NCBI GenBank assembly: GCA_049840735.1
Contig: JASGJN010000020.1
Span: 736,001-800,000, forward strand
Direction: 5' to 3'
Source: Anaeromyxobacter sp.
GTDB taxonomy: Bacteria > Myxococcota > Myxococcia > Myxococcales > Anaeromyxobacteraceae
DNA: 64,000 nt
Part shown: positions 61,620 to 64,000 of the stretch, in pieces
How positions within the stretch are numbered: position 1 is the first letter of the stretch
Layout: each line of letters begins with the position of its first letter
Translations under genes and position numbers: made by a program
Notes under the pieces: generated by a model
Databases searched by the model: none
Seen by the model: the letters and a program-made list of their open reading frames with translations, nothing else
What the model was told of the DNA's origin: nothing

Positions 61620-62018
61620 GCGCCGTCACGGCGCGGATCCGCACGCCTCCCGGGAGCTCCCGCTCTTCCGACTGCGGTCGCGCCTGACGATACCAGCGGT
61701 TCGCGAACCCGAGCACGCGCTCGATGGCCGGCATGACGTCGATGACGAGATCCTGGAACAGCCAGCGACACACGGGCGCGCCTTCGCGCTGGTCCTCCCG
61801 CGAAAGCCCAGCCTCCGAAGCCGATCTCCCAGCTGCGCCCAGGCCGCGTAGGTCGTGACCTCCACGACCACGTCGACATCCTGCGTGAAGCGGGGTCGCG
61901 GTGCCGCCGGATCCGTGACGAAGAGGTCGACGACCGCGCCCCCCACGAAGATCACCTCGTCCTTGAGATCGCCGAGCGCCACGACCGCCCGCGCCAGCAT
62001 GTCGAGGTTTGGCGTCAT
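61620..62018 (-). pseudogene. AbiEii-like nucleotidyltransferase toxin, frameshifted (~61800) and apparently 3'-truncated
   Basis: VFVGGA-type motif (VIFVGGA)..PRFTQDVDVVV; continues CRW..IDVMP..LGFANRWY..IRAVTA, then similarity is lost. Confidence 0.7.
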
Positions 62019-62563
62019 CGCTTGCTCCTCGAGAGCATCCGCTGGAGGAGGTCGCCTGCGACCTGCCGCTCCCGCGCTGAGCCACCGCGGATCGCGTCGA
62101 CGAGGGCGGCCGCGTCGTACATCGGCGCGTCGGCGAGGATCGCCCTGATGGTGGCCTGCGACGAGTAGAGCGGCGAGAACGACTCCCCCCGCGCCGTTCC
62201 CTCCGGGTCCGGCCAGACGGGCACCGAGCCGTCGCCGTGCGCGATGAGGTTTCGCAGCACAGGCGCAGCGTATCCGGTCGGATGGCCTCGCGTGAGCTGA
62301 CCTCGGACGACGGGGAACGCGTACTTCACGCCGTGGATCAGGAACTCCAGCAGGTTCTGCACCTGCACGCCGATGCCCTTGGGTCCGCTGGCGACCGCGA
62401 GCCTGGACAGGAGGCCGCGCTGCACCGCTGCGTGGACCTCGGACACACTCAACCCCAGCGCCGCCGCGACTTGGGGATACGACCAGGCGGCGTCCCTTCG
62501 GAGCGCGAGGTTGATCAGGACCAGGACGTCCTGAGGCTTGAGCTGGGGCGCCTTCCCTGGCAC
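62015..62563 (-). CDS. HTH antitoxin/regulator paired with the nucleotidyltransferase (type IV TA-like)
   Basis: LKPQDVLV..WSY..AAALGLSVSEVH HTH; EFLIHGVKYAFP, VWPDPEG, DAIRGG.ARER; ATGA overlap with the NTase. Confidence 0.8.
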   Translation of the reverse strand: MPGKAPQLKPQDVLVLINLALRRDAAWSYPQVAAALGLSVSEVHAAVQRGLLSRLAVASGPKGIGVQVQNLLEFLIHGVKYAFPVVRGQLTRGHPTGYAAPVLRNLIAHGDGSVPVWPDPEGTARGESFSPLYSSQATIRAILADAPMYDAAALVDAIRGGSARERQVAGDLLQRMLSRSKR

Positions 62564-62569
62564 ACGCTT

Positions 62570-62598
62570 ATGCTATTCGCGATTCGCGAATACCGCAA
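62570..62598 (-). promoter_or_regulatory. Sigma-70 promoter with a palindromic operator in the spacer
   Basis: Minus strand TTGCGG-N17-TAGCAT; perfect palindrome TATTCGCGA-T-TCGCGAATA at 62574-62592. Confidence 0.75.
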
Positions 62599-62610
62599 GC
62601 TTCGCCCCAG

Positions 62611-62792
62611 GGCCCCGCTCGCCGGCCCCGCTCGCCGGCCCCGCTCGCCGGCCCCGCTCGCCGGCCCCGCTCGCCGGCCCCGCTCGCCGGCCCCGCTCGC
62701 CGGCCCCGCTCGCCGGCCCCGCTCGCCGGCCCCGCTCGCCGGCCCCGCTCGCCGGCCCCGCTCGCCGGCCCCGCTCGCCGCAACCGCTCGCC
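62611..62792. repeat. 13-bp tandem repeat (GGCCCCGCTCGCC) x13 plus one degenerate copy
   Basis: Perfect head-to-tail units from 62611 to 62779 with no spacers. Confidence 0.95.
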
Positions 62793-62878
62793 GCGTGGCG
62801 AAGCCAGCCTTCTTGGATCTTCGCCGACATCGCTGGCCCGGCCAGGCTCCGCAGTCCGTTCCCCTCTCCCCAGAAATC

Positions 62879-62913
62879 AGAAACCCCGACCGCTTTTCGG
62901 CGATCGGGGCTCT
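62879..62913 (-). terminator. Hairpin downstream of the antitoxin gene
   Basis: Minus strand AGAGCCCCGATCGCCGAAAAGCGGTCGGGGTTTCT followed by GATTTCT. Confidence 0.6.
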
Positions 62914-62974
62914 GGGCTGGTTGCGGGGGCTCACTGGTGAGCTTGCTGCTCGGGTCGAGTTCTCGACGTGAGTG

Positions 62975-63277
62975 CTACCCCTTCGCCGCGGACCCGTGGA
63001 GCTCCAGGCCGAGCGCCCGGATGACCCGCATCACCGTGCCGAACTCCGGGTTCCCATCGGGAGAGAGCGCCTTGTAGAGCCCTTCGCGCGTGAGCCCCGT
63101 CTTGCGGGCGAGGCCCGCCATGCCACGCGCGCGCGCGATGTTGCCGAGCGCCGCCGTGATGAAGGCTGGATCCTCGCGCCCCTCCTCCAGGCAGGCCTCC
63201 CAGTACCGGGCGACGTCCGCGTCGGTCTTGAGGTGCGCCGCCGAGTCCCACTTCTTGAGCTTGAACTTGCCTGCCAT
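62975..63277 (-). CDS. Addiction-module antidote protein (HI1420/HigA-like XRE HTH)
   Basis: WDSAAHL, ALGNIARARGMAGLARKTGLTREGLYKALSPDGNPEFGTV. Confidence 0.9.
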   Translation of the reverse strand: MAGKFKLKKWDSAAHLKTDADVARYWEACLEEGREDPAFITAALGNIARARGMAGLARKTGLTREGLYKALSPDGNPEFGTVMRVIRALGLELHGSAAKG

Positions 63278-63286
63278 TCCCGACTC

Positions 63287-63450
63287 CTAGACCTGCTTCG
63301 CGAGCGCCTTGGCCGCCTCGATGTCCTTCGCCTGCGAGCCCTTGTCACCCCCGGCCAGCAGGATGACCAGCTCGCGCCCTCGCTGGACGAAGTAGATGCG
63401 ATGGCCCGGCCCGTAGTCGAGCCGCATCTCCGAGACGCCACCGCACGTCC
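63287..63450 (-). pseudogene. RelE/ParE (HI1419-like) toxin lacking its N-terminal half
   Basis: [38 protein letters not shown] is intact; upstream sequence does not resemble the family N-terminus. Confidence 0.75.
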
Positions 63451-63614
63451 TTGGTGATCGCTGGGCCCTGGAGGTACCACGCGCCAGTCGCTTGCTCGAA
63501 CGGGCGACGAACTCAAAGGTCACCGTTCCGGGAGTCCCGATCAGTGAATCGCCCCGGGAGGGAGGAACAGTAGCGTTGCCTTCCGAAAGGCGTGCAGTGC
63601 GGAGCAGCCTATTG

Positions 63615-64000
63615 TCAGTATCGCGAACGCAAGCAGATCTCGTACTCGAGTTGCAGTTCTTGTCCCTGGCGTTCTACGTCCACCGTGATCGTCGATGCCG
63701 TCCTGACCCGCTGGTAGACGTCCAGGGCGTCCTCGGGCGTGCGCACCACCATCCCATTCACGCGTCTGACAATGTCGCCGCTCTCAAGCCCTAGCGCGGC
63801 ATAGGTGTAGCCGGGTACCACGAACACCTTGAAGCCCCGCGGCTCTCCGCCCACGAATGCGGGGACGATGCGCAGGCCGTACGATCTACAGCCACCAGAG
63901 GCCGTTGGCGGATCTGCCGTCCAGGCGGCGACGCGGTAGTGGCGGGCTCCCACTCTCTCGACACAGAACTCCTCCATGCCGGGAAGCGGCTGGCAGGAGA
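63615..64000 (-). CDS. PDZ domain protein resembling the C-terminus of T2SS GspC (5' end probably outside the window)
   Basis: [47 protein letters not shown]; frame open to the window edge. Confidence 0.65.
   Translation of the reverse strand, partial: SCQPLPGMEEFCVERVGARHYRVAAWTADPPTASGGCRSYGLRIVPAFVGGEPRGFKVFVVPGYTYAALGLESGDIVRRVNGMVVRTPEDALDVYQRVRTASTITVDVERQGQELQLEYEICLRSRY

Noticed and set aside
60460..62085. Real fusion of the NTase fragment to the downstream hypothetical (541-aa ORF)
   Set aside because: The joining segment looks non-coding and the downstream gene has its own RBS and ATG at 61407
62611..62792. CRISPR array
   Set aside because: Units are 13 bp, contiguous and have no unique spacers; no cas genes in the window
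62850..62878. tRNA 3'-end fragment (att site) before the hairpin
   Set aside because: TTCCCCTCTCCCCA only loosely resembles a tRNA end and there is no GTTCGA T-loop
60244..64000. Integron cassette array
   Set aside because: Genes are co-oriented and include TA modules, but I found no attC RYYYAAC...GTTRRRY structures and no integrase

Overview
Very GC-rich (by eye about 70-75%) bacterial chromosome segment. Gene content and style point to Myxococcota, probably Anaeromyxobacter-like (inference). About ten genes carry single-base frameshifts, most plausibly long-read consensus errors. From left to right the window holds: phosphomannomutase, a methyltransferase, an Fn3 lipoprotein, DNA polymerase II, an ArsR-SRPBCC-DoxX operon, a His-tailed DMT transporter, an aminotransferase with cysK, a five-gene MoxR/VWA-metallopeptidase/adenylate-ligase operon, LysM, retropepsin, DUF1207-like and FadL genes, two chemoreceptors, an unusual two-gene type I PKS/FAS cluster with a PPTase, an OmpA-family gene, a ChvE-GguAB sugar ABC transporter, an ExbBD-TonB-TBDR operon next to an ECF sigma / anti-sigma / exported caspase operon, and a decayed toxin-antitoxin region with a 13-bp VNTR. 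Three candidates stand out as possibly undescribed systems. (1) A putative caspase-controlled trans-envelope ECF signalling circuit: caspase and anti-sigma share a TRxKG motif, and both operons share a GTGGTAAC-N15-CGGTG promoter-like motif. (2) A PKS whose two ACPs carry Thr instead of the canonical Ser and whose two subunits each begin with a catalytically dead KS followed by an intact KS. (3) The MoxR-VWA/HEXXH-ligase operon. No rRNA, tRNA or CRISPR array was seen.
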